NCBI GenBank assembly: GCA_965215015.1
Contig: OZ244042.1
Span: 1,824,001 to 1,888,000 of the forward strand
Length of the DNA stretch: 64,000 nt
DNA from: Candidatus Poribacteria bacterium
Lineage (GTDB): Bacteria > Poribacteria > WGA-4E > PCPOR2b
Direction: 5' to 3'
Shown: positions 19,407 through 28,963 of the stretch, piece by piece
How positions within the stretch are numbered: position 1 is the stretch's first letter
Layout: each line of letters begins with the position of its first letter
Notes under the pieces: generated by a model
Databases searched by the model: none
Told to the model about the DNA's origin: nothing
Seen by the model: the letters and a program-made list of their open reading frames with translations, nothing else
Position numbers and translations under genes: made by a program

Positions 19407-19952
19407 ATGCGGTCAAGGGATTCCAAGCGGCTCGTTGTGGATGCCTCGGTTGCACGGGCTGCCGGTGGTGTAGATGCAACGGCTCCAGTATCAATCAACT
19501 GCACCAAATTTCTCGAAACCTTTCGGGACAATTGTTCACTTCACGTGGTAATGACACCAGAGCTTTCCGAGGAATGGGAGAAGCATCAATCGAAATTTGC
19601 AACCACATGGCTGGGATCGATGATTGCTAGGAAAAGATTCGATTATGTCAAACCTCCCATGAACCAAGCGTTGCGCGCCAAAATTGAAGCAACAGCAGCC
19701 TACGAAAATCAGATTGAAAAGATGCGGAAAGATTTTCACCTCCTTGAAGGGGCACTGGAAACCGATCAGATTATCATTTCGCTTGATGAAACCATCCGGC
19801 GGATTTTCGCCCGTGCTACCCAACGGGTTGGTGAAATCCGGGATATTGTTTGGGTGAATCCTGACCGTACAGAGGAAAAACCGCTCGTTTGGCTCCAAAA
19901 CGGTGCCCCGCCGGAAGATCATCGTAAACTCCGCGCCTGGGGGCCTGTTTAG
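19407..19952 (+). CDS. PIN-like domain protein
   Basis: LVVDASV start plus conserved acidic KDFHLLE and IISLDE motifs; starts 1 nt after the ATPase stop. Confidence 0.6.
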   Translation: MRSRDSKRLVVDASVARAAGGVDATAPVSINCTKFLETFRDNCSLHVVMTPELSEEWEKHQSKFATTWLGSMIARKRFDYVKPPMNQALRAKIEATAAYENQIEKMRKDFHLLEGALETDQIIISLDETIRRIFARATQRVGEIRDIVWVNPDRTEEKPLVWLQNGAPPEDHRKLRAWGPV

Positions 19953-20037
19953 CTCGGCGCAGCATTGGGCTGCCGCTGCGAATGCCTATGCCCAAGGGGC
20001 GGACGCTTTCGGAATAGGGGCCGCCCCTTGGCCATCC

Positions 20038-20358
20038 AACGGTTGGCTCTGGCCGCCCGACGAGTACCAGACCTTGCCCCTACTGGAGCATCCTGACAAC
20101 TCCCTGCAAGGGGTGTGAATCTGTCCTTCCCCCTGCTTGCGGGGGGACCGAGGGGGGTTCTTAACTAACTAAACGGTTGGCTCTGGCCGCCCAACGAGTA
20201 CCAGACCTTGCCCCTACTGGAGCACCCTGACACCCGCCCCGCAAGGGGTGTGAATCTGTCCTTCCCCTTGCTTGCGGGGGACGATTGCTAGGGTTACCAG
20301 TAAGTATACAGTGCCACATATGTCCTTCCCCCTGCTTGCGGGGGGACCGAGGGGAGTT
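20038..20358. repeat. 134-bp tandem duplication plus REP-like palindromes
   Basis: aacggttggctctggccgccc at 20038 and 20172; three ccc(c/t)tgcttgcggggg copies. Confidence 0.85.
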
Positions 20359-20372
20359 CTTAAATAGCACTA

Positions 20373-21155
20373 ATGGATCAAATTCACGACGCTGTGCGTC
20401 AACAATTTAGTCAACATGCCAAATATTATGCCCGGAGCAAGGTGCACTCGGAAGGAGAAACCCTAGGTGTGCTTGTCGATTTCGCAGAGCCGAGCGGGAC
20501 CGAAAAAGTCCTTGACATCGCCACTGGAACAGGTTTCACTGCCTTTGCTTTCGCGCCAAAGGTAGCGAGCGTCATCGCGACCGATTTGACCCCCGCGATG
20601 CTAGATCAAGCAAAAGCACTAGCCAATGAACGTGGACTACAAAACATAGATTTCCAAATTGCCCCGGCGGAAGCTACCCCCTTTGAAGCAGAATCTTTTG
20701 ATGTGGTTACCTGTCGGATTGCGCCGCACCATTTCCAAGATGTACCGCAATTTTTGTCAGAAACCTATCGGGTATTGCGTCCGGGGGGATTATTCTGCAT
20801 GGTAGATTCCGTCTGTCCGGAGTCGGAGCGACTCATCAAATGGCAAAACCGCGTAGAAAAACTACGAGACCATTCCCATGTATGGGGCTATCCCCCTTCG
20901 CAGTGGCGAGAGATGATTGAGCAGGCCGGATTCAGCGTTGAGAGAGAAGTACATACGCACAACGCCCTTCAACCTTTTTCATGGTGGGCTGACCGCCCTG
21001 GCAATTCACCAGAGCGAGTTCAACAGATTCGCGCCGCCTTTGATGAACTGAGGCCAGAGGAAGAACCGATCTTCGCCATTCACCGGGAGGCGGGGGAATT
21101 GTACTTCGCGTGGCCCATGTACTGCGTCAAAGCACGAAAACCAGCTTCATCATGA
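20373..21155 (+). CDS. Class I SAM-dependent methyltransferase (UbiE-like)
   Basis: VLDIATGTG, FDVVTCRIAPHHF, RVLRPGG. Confidence 0.9.
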   Translation: MDQIHDAVRQQFSQHAKYYARSKVHSEGETLGVLVDFAEPSGTEKVLDIATGTGFTAFAFAPKVASVIATDLTPAMLDQAKALANERGLQNIDFQIAPAEATPFEAESFDVVTCRIAPHHFQDVPQFLSETYRVLRPGGLFCMVDSVCPESERLIKWQNRVEKLRDHSHVWGYPPSQWREMIEQAGFSVEREVHTHNALQPFSWWADRPGNSPERVQQIRAAFDELRPEEEPIFAIHREAGELYFAWPMYCVKARKPASS

Positions 21156-21291
21156 AGCTTATATGACTGCACAGGTTGCATTAGAATAGCAGCTTTTCCA
21201 TAAGCCCCGTCGGTTAGGCTTCCTCGTCCGATTCCCCAATGAACAGATGGTTTTCACGTTTCACGCCCTTAGCGTTTTGCACTTTCGAGCC

Positions 21292-22125
21292 CTAACTGTT
21301 TGGGGTAAGCTTGTTCGGTTCTCTCGGTATAAGCTCTAGCGGTTGAACAATCTGCCGACGCTCAGGGGTCAAGCGTTCCAACAGCTCCGGTGAAGGTTGA
21401 TAACCGTATCGGAAATTTCCCCAAGAGGGCCCATAGCGATAGACGATAGTGCGGCGAATACCGGGGTTTACCCGTTTCGCCGAACCGTGTGCTGCCCCAT
21501 CTACGAAAAGCAGTGCGTCGCCGGCCTTAATGTGGATTTCAACAGCCCCTTCGATCCCTTCGACTGTCGCATCCTGTGCCATTCTGTGTTTATCATAGTG
21601 CGGGTGTCTGAAGTTGGATTTGTGACTGCCGGGGATAATCATTGTGCCGCCATCGCCAGGTCCAAAGTCCGTCAGCGCAATGAGGATATCAATCTGTCCG
21701 CACATGAAGCGACCGTTGTGATACCGGAATTGGTTTCGATGGATGGGGGGGTATCCCCCGGAGTGCAGTCCAATAGCTTCCCCGGGACCGCGAAAGGTGG
21801 CGAAGTTCTCATCTATAAACAGTGGACCGTGGTGGTAATCAAAACTGCCTTCCCCTCCAACAAAGTGTTTCACCTTGTCAATCCATGAAGGGTGATCGAT
21901 TAGCCTCTCGAAAGGTTCGCCTGCCTCATAAATCTGCTGTAAATTAAAACCATCAGTCGTACCATACCGGTGGGCGTGAACATAACCGTACCATTCACCC
22001 GCTTTCAATGGCGGTATTGCATTGAGGCACTCGTTGAGTTCTGCCACCTCTTCGGGAGCTAAGGCATTGGGCAAAACGATGTAGCCGCGTAAATCAAACA
22101 GGTAGATTTCGAGATCGGAAACCAT
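21292..22125 (-). CDS. Phytanoyl-CoA dioxygenase (PhyH) family protein
   Basis: FDLRGYIVL, GGTMIIPGSHK, KAGDALLF...HGS. Confidence 0.88.
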   Translation of the reverse strand: MVSDLEIYLFDLRGYIVLPNALAPEEVAELNECLNAIPPLKAGEWYGYVHAHRYGTTDGFNLQQIYEAGEPFERLIDHPSWIDKVKHFVGGEGSFDYHHGPLFIDENFATFRGPGEAIGLHSGGYPPIHRNQFRYHNGRFMCGQIDILIALTDFGPGDGGTMIIPGSHKSNFRHPHYDKHRMAQDATVEGIEGAVEIHIKAGDALLFVDGAAHGSAKRVNPGIRRTIVYRYGPSWGNFRYGYQPSPELLERLTPERRQIVQPLELIPREPNKLTPNS

Positions 22126-22194
22126 AAATCCTCCTCCAATTGCATAGATTTCGGTCGTAGCATCTGTTAATTCGTCTTATCTAAGATCCAGGAA

Positions 22195-23325
22195 TTATCG
22201 GTCCTGCACAGACCCATCAAACCCAATCGGTGTATCTAGCACCTTATCCTGAACAGGGTAGCTCAAAGCTGCTTCGTTCAACTCAATTCCCAACCCGGGT
22301 CCCTCCGGCACCGTCAAATAGCCCGCCTTCAGTTCCAACGGTTTGACAAGCAAATCGCTCTTCGGCGGCTCTGACTCGCCGGTATATTCCTGAAGTGCGA
22401 AATTGGGAATCGATGCATCCAATTGCACACACGCTGCCGTGCTCACCGGACTGAGGGGGTTGTGTGGAATGACCTTAACGTGATGTGCCTCCGCCATCCC
22501 CGCTACCTTCTTACACCCTGAAAGTCCACCACAAAGGCATAGGTCAGGACGGATGTAGGAGGTCGCCTTGGCCTCAAGAAGCTGCTGAAACTCGAAGATA
22601 CTTGCGAATCGTTCACCGGTCGCGATGGGCAGATTGCACTGTTCCTGTACGTCACCCATAATCGCCGGGCTGTCGGGCAACATCGGGTCTTCGTAGAAGT
22701 AAGGATTGAACTGTTCCAACCGCCGCCCCAACCAGATTGACTCCGCAGGATTCATCTGCCGGTGAATTTCGACGCAGATATCGACCGAATTGCCGACAGC
22801 ATCGCGTACCGCTCCCACACGGCGCACTGCCTCATCTGCCCATTCTGAGTACGATTTATGGAGGTGAAAGTCCTGGGGGAATGGCGAGAAACGGAGCGCA
22901 GTAAAGCCTTGGCCTGCCTTTTTCACGGCATCCGCCGCTAGGTCATCTAAGGTTACGCCGCCCACGTGCATGTAGCAACGGACGCGATGGCGCGTCATAC
23001 CTCCCATCAGGTCATAGATTGGCACACCAAGGCGTTTCCCTTTGATGTCCCACAGTGCGATGTCAATGGCTGAAAGCGCGCCTTGAATGACTGACCCCAT
23101 AAAGTGCGATGAGCGGTACAGCCACTGGTAGTGGTGTTCGATGAGCGATGGATCTTTGCCGATCAGATACGGCGACATAACTTCTAACATCGTCTTCGTT
23201 GGTCGCTGCCAACCGTGAACACCGCCCTCCCCAATCCCGACTGTACCGTCTTCGCAGTGAATTTTTATCAGAAGCCAGCGATCCCAGAGAACAGTTTCTA
23301 CACGTTCAATCTTTGTTTTCTGCAT
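22195..23325 (-). CDS. Galactonate dehydratase-like enolase-superfamily enzyme
   Basis: SAIDIALWDIKGK, EIH, YEDP, ATGER, PHNP. Confidence 0.88.
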   Translation of the reverse strand: MQKTKIERVETVLWDRWLLIKIHCEDGTVGIGEGGVHGWQRPTKTMLEVMSPYLIGKDPSLIEHHYQWLYRSSHFMGSVIQGALSAIDIALWDIKGKRLGVPIYDLMGGMTRHRVRCYMHVGGVTLDDLAADAVKKAGQGFTALRFSPFPQDFHLHKSYSEWADEAVRRVGAVRDAVGNSVDICVEIHRQMNPAESIWLGRRLEQFNPYFYEDPMLPDSPAIMGDVQEQCNLPIATGERFASIFEFQQLLEAKATSYIRPDLCLCGGLSGCKKVAGMAEAHHVKVIPHNPLSPVSTAACVQLDASIPNFALQEYTGESEPPKSDLLVKPLELKAGYLTVPEGPGLGIELNEAALSYPVQDKVLDTPIGFDGSVQDR

Positions 23326-23384
23326 TATATTATTTCTCCTATCAGTATGCGAGCAGCACCGCAGATCTTCCTTTACTAAATTAG

Positions 23385-23705
23385 GACTTACGCCCTTGAG
23401 TTTGTATTAGCGCGTTCATTGCGCGTCTTTAAGGTAGTAAGCATACGCCGTATGCTGTCCCCTCCTCCCCCCGTAAGGAGGGGCAAGGACAACTTCCCCA
23501 CCGCTTCGGGGGGGGTAGGGGGTGAGCCATGATTGCCCAATAAGAGTTACGCGCTTGAGTTTGTATTAGCGCGTTCATTGCGCGTCTTTAATGGAGTAAG
23601 CATACGCCGTATGCCGTCCCCCCTCTCCCCCGTAAGCCGGGGCAAGGACAACTTCCCCACCGCTTGCGGGGGAGGGTTAGGGGGGTGAGCTATGGTTGCC
23701 CAAAA
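23385..23705. repeat. Two tandem 160-bp REP-mosaic repeats
   Basis: ttacgc.cttgagtttgtattagcgcgttcattgcgcg at 23387 and 23547. Confidence 0.88.
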
Positions 23706-23717
23706 ACCCCGTAAATG

Positions 23718-24515
23718 TCAGGAAAGCTCAAGGACCTGCCCGTCATACGCCAAATAGACATTTTCGGGTAGGTCAATCTCCTGTTCCGCGCATTGATCCG
23801 GGAAGTACCGATGGTCGAGGCGGTGCATAATATGTGTAAAGTAGGCCTCCTTCGGCTGCAGGGCATCAACAACTTCTAGTGCCTCTCCGACTGAGAAATG
23901 GGTTGGATGACGTGGATTGAAACTGAGCGCATCAATGATTAGTAAATCGATACCTTGCAATAACGCCCTAGAAGAATCGGGCAGCCGTTTCACATCAGGC
24001 ACATAGCCGAAGTTATCGATTCGGTAGCCGTAGGTTTGTACAGCGGCGTGTTCAACCGGAATTGGAGTGAGCTCAAACCCATATAACTGAAATGGCTCTT
24101 CGACGATGTTTGGTAGCAGGTGTCCCACACCCCCGCCCTGAAAGGTTGATTTGCTAAACATATAATCAAAATTGCGCTGCAGAATGCGGATGGTCTCCGC
24201 CGGACCGTAGATGGGCATATCCATTTGTTGTTTACGGCACGGCATGACGATGTCATTTGTCCCGCTTACGTGGTCCGCGTGACAATGGGTAAAGACAACA
24301 GCGTCAATCCAATCGATTTCGTTTCGGTCAATCTGGTCTATGAAATTGGGACCGAGATCGAATTGCAAATGCTTATCATCCTTTTCGATGTGAATTGATG
24401 GACGCGTCCGGTAATTTTTGGACCCAAACTTTCGGGCATCCTGACAGGTTTCACAGTCGCACTTATATTCGGGAACGCCTGTCGAAGTGCCTGAACCGAG
24501 AACAGTAATTTTCAT
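23718..24515 (-). CDS. MBL-fold metallo-hydrolase (PhnP family)
   Basis: LGSGTSTGVP..C.C..C, THCHADH, HPTHF, AYDG. Confidence 0.9.
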   Translation of the reverse strand: MKITVLGSGTSTGVPEYKCDCETCQDARKFGSKNYRTRPSIHIEKDDKHLQFDLGPNFIDQIDRNEIDWIDAVVFTHCHADHVSGTNDIVMPCRKQQMDMPIYGPAETIRILQRNFDYMFSKSTFQGGGVGHLLPNIVEEPFQLYGFELTPIPVEHAAVQTYGYRIDNFGYVPDVKRLPDSSRALLQGIDLLIIDALSFNPRHPTHFSVGEALEVVDALQPKEAYFTHIMHRLDHRYFPDQCAEQEIDLPENVYLAYDGQVLELS

Positions 24516-24816
24516 AGATTCTCCCCATGTCCTGTTAAGAATAGCTGCCAAAATCCCTCCGGATCATAACACGCCCTATAATATATCAGGCATAGAAATA
24601 ATGCAACATCAAAATCGACCGCGATAGGGGCGTTTGGTTCGCCTGTAGGAGGGATTTCCGAATCCCGACTCAGACAAGGAGAAAATTGAAAACTAAATAA
24701 CCCTAAACAGCGAAATCGAAACTTGCCAATATGCCCAATCTATGATAGAATTTTCCAAATCATACGAATTTCCTGATAATTGAGGGACGATTGAGGTCCC
24801 ACAAGGGATAAAATCG

Positions 24817-25812
24817 ATGCAGCGTATTCTGTTAGACACCGACACCGGCGTGGACGACGCCTTGGCAATCATCCTCGCGCTCAATTCGCCAGAGTTGAAG
24901 GTGGAAGCGATCACTTCCGTCAGCGGCAATGTCCATGTCGATCTCTGCACGTGCAATTTGCTGATGACGCTGGAGGCGATGGAGGCCCGTGAATACCCAA
25001 TTTGTGCCAAGGGGGAGTCACAACCGCTGGTTAAACCGCTGGTGAGGGCAGCGCATGTGCACGGCTCGGATGGCCTCGGAAATTTGACAAGGCTATTGAC
25101 ACCCGATGGCTCGCGCCGCTACCCAGACCCCCAACCGCGGATTGCAGCGATGTCCGCGGTTGACCTCATCATAGACCTGGCCGGGCAGTACCCGGATGAA
25201 CTCGTTCTCGTTCCAGTTGGACCGCTGACAAACATCGCTAAAGCCGTGATTAAGCATCCAGCGCGGATGCGGCGGATTCGGGAGATTGTGTTGATGGGAG
25301 GGGCCTTTGAAACCTACGGAAACGTCACAACAACTGCCGAATTCAACATCTTCGCCGACCCGCACGCAGCGCAACTTGTTCTCGATTTTGGTGTGCCGGT
25401 CACAATGGTGCCGCTTGATATAACACACCAAGTCATTCTGATGGGAAAACGCTTGGACGCTGAAATCGGTGAACGGGACGATAGATTCTCGCAGTTTCTC
25501 CGAGATGTTACACGCGTTACTATGGGGTATCATCAGTCCCACGAAGGGTTTTATGGAACCTACATCCACGATGCTCTACCCATTGGGCTACTCACCCACC
25601 TTGAATTGTTTGAGACTGTGGAGGCTTTCGTACAGGTAGAAACCTCAAGTGATTTGACCCAGGGAATGACTGTCGCCGATCTACGACCCGAAAAACCACA
25701 CCCAAAACCCAACGCTCGTGTCTGCGTGGGGGTGAACGCTGAAACCTTCCTGCAACACTTCTTTGACCGTATACTACATAGAAGTTACGCAGTTAAAGTG
25801 TCAGGCCATTGA
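24817..25812 (+). CDS. Inosine-uridine nucleoside hydrolase
   Basis: DTDTGVDD, VHGSDGLG, GPLTNIA, AEFNIFADPHAA, HD. Confidence 0.93.
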   Translation: MQRILLDTDTGVDDALAIILALNSPELKVEAITSVSGNVHVDLCTCNLLMTLEAMEAREYPICAKGESQPLVKPLVRAAHVHGSDGLGNLTRLLTPDGSRRYPDPQPRIAAMSAVDLIIDLAGQYPDELVLVPVGPLTNIAKAVIKHPARMRRIREIVLMGGAFETYGNVTTTAEFNIFADPHAAQLVLDFGVPVTMVPLDITHQVILMGKRLDAEIGERDDRFSQFLRDVTRVTMGYHQSHEGFYGTYIHDALPIGLLTHLELFETVEAFVQVETSSDLTQGMTVADLRPEKPHPKPNARVCVGVNAETFLQHFFDRILHRSYAVKVSGH

Positions 25813-26021
25813 TCCAGATAAGCTCTGAGGTGAAAACGCAATGTAATTGCTTGTGATTATTTGTAATGTAATTGACAACCTACCACAAAACGCTTAATTC
25901 TAAAATGGAAACCATTTGCCGATTTTCGTGTGTAAAATGGGTACTTTTCATTTTCGCATGGAAAACGTAACTTTGCTAATGAACCAATTATTTTTACCTT
26001 TCACGCTAAGGCTATTACACT

Positions 26022-26396
26022 ATGGAATGGGTACTAAATCTTTTTTCCGAATATCTTGAAAACGATTTCAAGAAGCGCCGCGGCGTCCCTAAGCCTACGA
26101 TTAATCAACTATGGGACGTATTCAAGGTGCTTTTTCCCACAACTACCGCGCGGCTGTTAGTGCAAGAACCTGTGGGCAATACGGTGAGATTCAAGCTGCT
26201 TGCCTTCTATCACGCCGACGAGATGGGACCGTTAATCGATGATCCGATGGGCTACATCAAGAACAATTTCGGTGGTGGGAAGTTCAAAATCAACTTCTAT
26301 CAGGGGATGCAGTTTATCGCAACAATAAACTTCAAGCCGGAGGGGGCCGAAATCTGGCGGGATCTGCCAGAGTTAGAGGAATCAACGATACAATGA
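26022..26396 (+). CDS. Hypothetical protein
   Basis: 124-aa ORF whose end overlaps the next start (ATGA). Confidence 0.7.
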   Translation: MEWVLNLFSEYLENDFKKRRGVPKPTINQLWDVFKVLFPTTTARLLVQEPVGNTVRFKLLAFYHADEMGPLIDDPMGYIKNNFGGGKFKINFYQGMQFIATINFKPEGAEIWRDLPELEESTIQ

Positions 26397-26824
26397 ATTC
26401 TCAGCCAAGACCTACAGAATGCCCAAGTTGTCATAGCAAAAACGTGCAGGCGGTCGGTAAAGATGGATGGTTTTGCCTCGACTGCGATTGGGATAATTTG
26501 CCCGTTGTCAACGGAGAGATGGACGCACTGATTTCCACCCTGCGGCACGGCGAGAGGGAGGCGCGGCGAGAGGCGGCGCAAGCCTTAATCAATATCGGTG
26601 ATTTTGAACGCCATCTTGCCACGAGTGATGACCTGACCCCTCTGCTCGAAGCCCTAGACGATACGGATGACGATGTCCGCTATTTTGCGACCGTTGCGCT
26701 AGGGCAACTTGGGGATAGGCGGGCCCTTCCGAAACTAAAACAGGTCGCACAAGAGGACACCGCGACGCTGGCGCGAGAGGGGGCTAAGACTGCAATCGAA
26801 CGACTTGAAATGGTGAGCGGATAA
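26393..26824 (+). CDS. Zn-ribbon + HEAT-repeat protein
   Basis: CPSC...CLDC followed by HEAT_PBS-like repeats (VRYFATVALGQLGD). Confidence 0.8.
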   Translation: MNSQPRPTECPSCHSKNVQAVGKDGWFCLDCDWDNLPVVNGEMDALISTLRHGEREARREAAQALINIGDFERHLATSDDLTPLLEALDDTDDDVRYFATVALGQLGDRRALPKLKQVAQEDTATLAREGAKTAIERLEMVSG

Positions 26825-27240
26825 TGATTACCTTCTCCGATCTACCCACAGTGAACGCTACACTGAATACAATCAGTGCTGTTCTTTTGACTGTCGGGCT
26901 CTTGATGATTCGGCGGCGCAGAATTGTCGCCCACAGAAACTGTATGATTGCGGCGTTTGTGGTATCGGGACTCTTCCTCACCTCCTACCTAATCTATCAT
27001 TACCACGCCGGATCAACCCCATTTGAAGGGAGTGGGTGGATTCGTTCCGTCTACTTTGCTGTCCTTATCCCTCATATTATCCTGGCCTCTTTGATCCTCC
27101 CGCTTGCCTTAATAACACTCTATTTCGCTTTGCGGAAACGATTTACCAAGCACCGGCGCATTGCCCGTTGGACGCTGCCGATATGGTTGTATGTCTCCGT
27201 AACCGGGATCATCGTTTATTGGATGCTCTACCATCTTTGA
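26824..27240 (+). CDS. DUF420 membrane protein (YozB/CtaM-like)
   Basis: LPTVNATLN, H..CM, FLTSYLIYH, HRRIARWTLPIWLYVSVTG. Confidence 0.9.
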   Translation: MITFSDLPTVNATLNTISAVLLTVGLLMIRRRRIVAHRNCMIAAFVVSGLFLTSYLIYHYHAGSTPFEGSGWIRSVYFAVLIPHIILASLILPLALITLYFALRKRFTKHRRIARWTLPIWLYVSVTGIIVYWMLYHL

Positions 27241-27439
27241 AGATCACACAATTCGGTTTGAAATTGGGGAAGATCATGTAGTATACTGTGAATCGAATCT
27301 ACCAGAAAATCAAAAGAAATAATAAGGAGGGTTCATGTTAAGAAATCGTGCAACAGCCTCCGAGTTTTTAAGAAAAAACTCAGCATTCTCTTCTGGCTTT
27401 GCACTTTCTTTTTATATGAACCATAAAGAAAATAAATCC

Positions 27440-28225
27440 ATGCGTTCTCAAAATGCTGCTAGCACCCGACCTCGTCAGGATTCACGGCGACCTGAGAGGG
27501 CCGTTCAACCGATCGATGCCCCAGAAATTCGTGAAATCGGTGCCCCGGTCGATGGGGAACCCCAATACAGTACACGCCGACTATTTTTGCAGCTTCAAGT
27601 TTTCACGGGATGTTCTCAGCCAAATGAGCTAATCGAACCGCTAAAAGCGAGCTGTTTAGAAGTTGTCCTCTATCACGATCTGAACGATCCGAAGGGTATC
27701 GGTTTGCTTTTTATGACAGAGGATGCGGATGTGCTCGTGGCAGAGACGAGAAGAATTCTCACGAAAGCCCCATTCGACGCCCTTCACCCCAAGCCTGAGT
27801 TTACCATGATCGGTAGAACCTATGCCTCTGGACGGGAGCCGGACCTAGAGGATTGGCTGCTCGTTAAACCCCGTCGCAATACACTGGCCCCTGAACTTTC
27901 ATGGGCAATCTGGTATCCACTCCGTCGGAAACCGGAGTTCTACCGCCTTCCTAAACCGGAGCAGGGAAAAATCTTGATGGAACATGCCATGATTGGTAGA
28001 ACATACGTGCAGGCAGGATACGCGCATGACATTCGACTGGCGTGTTTCGGCCTGGACGCACATGATAACGACTTTGTGATTGGATTGATGGGCACAACTC
28101 TTCACCCTTTGTCACACCTTGTGGGTGAGATGAGAAAATCGCAACAGACGGCTCAATATCTCGAATCGCTGGGTCCATTTTTTGTCGGCAAAGTCCGCTG
28201 GCAGAGTCCTTGTGATATCGTCTGA
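27440..28225 (+). CDS. Chlorite dismutase/coproheme decarboxylase family heme protein
   Basis: WYPLRRKPEFYRL...MEHAMIG, FGLD..DFVIG, GPFFVG. Confidence 0.8.
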   Translation: MRSQNAASTRPRQDSRRPERAVQPIDAPEIREIGAPVDGEPQYSTRRLFLQLQVFTGCSQPNELIEPLKASCLEVVLYHDLNDPKGIGLLFMTEDADVLVAETRRILTKAPFDALHPKPEFTMIGRTYASGREPDLEDWLLVKPRRNTLAPELSWAIWYPLRRKPEFYRLPKPEQGKILMEHAMIGRTYVQAGYAHDIRLACFGLDAHDNDFVIGLMGTTLHPLSHLVGEMRKSQQTAQYLESLGPFFVGKVRWQSPCDIV

Positions 28226-28232
28226 GGGAAAG

Positions 28233-28958
28233 ATGAAAAACATCGCTGTAATCGTTATCAAAGAATTATATACCTACTTTGTCTCACCCATTGCTTACTT
28301 CGTCTTCTTTATTTTTACAGCGGTTTCCGGGTTCCTATTCTATGTGATTCTGGGGAGTTTCGCCGCGTATCAGTACTCGACCACTGATGTAATACAGACC
28401 CTGTTTAACAATATTAGTGTCACCCTCCTCTTTTTCACCCCGGCCTTGACGATGAAACTGTTCGCCGAAGAAAAGAAAACAGGTACAATCGAACTGCTGA
28501 TGACCTCCCCCCTCAAAGATACCGAAGTTGTCCTTGGGAAATTCTTGGCGAGTTGGATTATGTTGTTCGTGATGCTGCTTTTAACCTTGATTTTTCCGTT
28601 GATAACGACCCGATTCGGCAATCTAGACATTGGACCAATTATTAGTGGATATCTAGGGCTGCTACTGCTCGGATCGACCTTCCTCTCGCTTGGCGTAATG
28701 ATATCTTCGATGACGAAAAATCAAATCGTTGCCGCCTTGACTAGCTTCGGCCTGCTGCTCTCTCTCTGGATTATCGGTTTCTTGTCGAGTCGCGGTGGAC
28801 AGATGGGGGAATTCTTGGGCTATCTGTCTCTCACCGAACACTTTAGCGATTTTTCACGGGGAACTGTCTCTCTCAAGCACGCGGTTTACTATCTCAGTTT
28901 CACAATCGTCTGTCTCTTCTTTACAGTTAAATCGTTTGAATCATCAAAGTGGAGGTAA
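28233..28958 (+). CDS. ABC-2 permease, GldF-like
   Basis: KELYTYFVSPIAY, AEEKKTGTIELLMTSP, VVLGKFLA. Confidence 0.9.
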   Translation: MKNIAVIVIKELYTYFVSPIAYFVFFIFTAVSGFLFYVILGSFAAYQYSTTDVIQTLFNNISVTLLFFTPALTMKLFAEEKKTGTIELLMTSPLKDTEVVLGKFLASWIMLFVMLLLTLIFPLITTRFGNLDIGPIISGYLGLLLLGSTFLSLGVMISSMTKNQIVAALTSFGLLLSLWIIGFLSSRGGQMGEFLGYLSLTEHFSDFSRGTVSLKHAVYYLSFTIVCLFFTVKSFESSKWR

Positions 28959-28963
28959 TTTCA

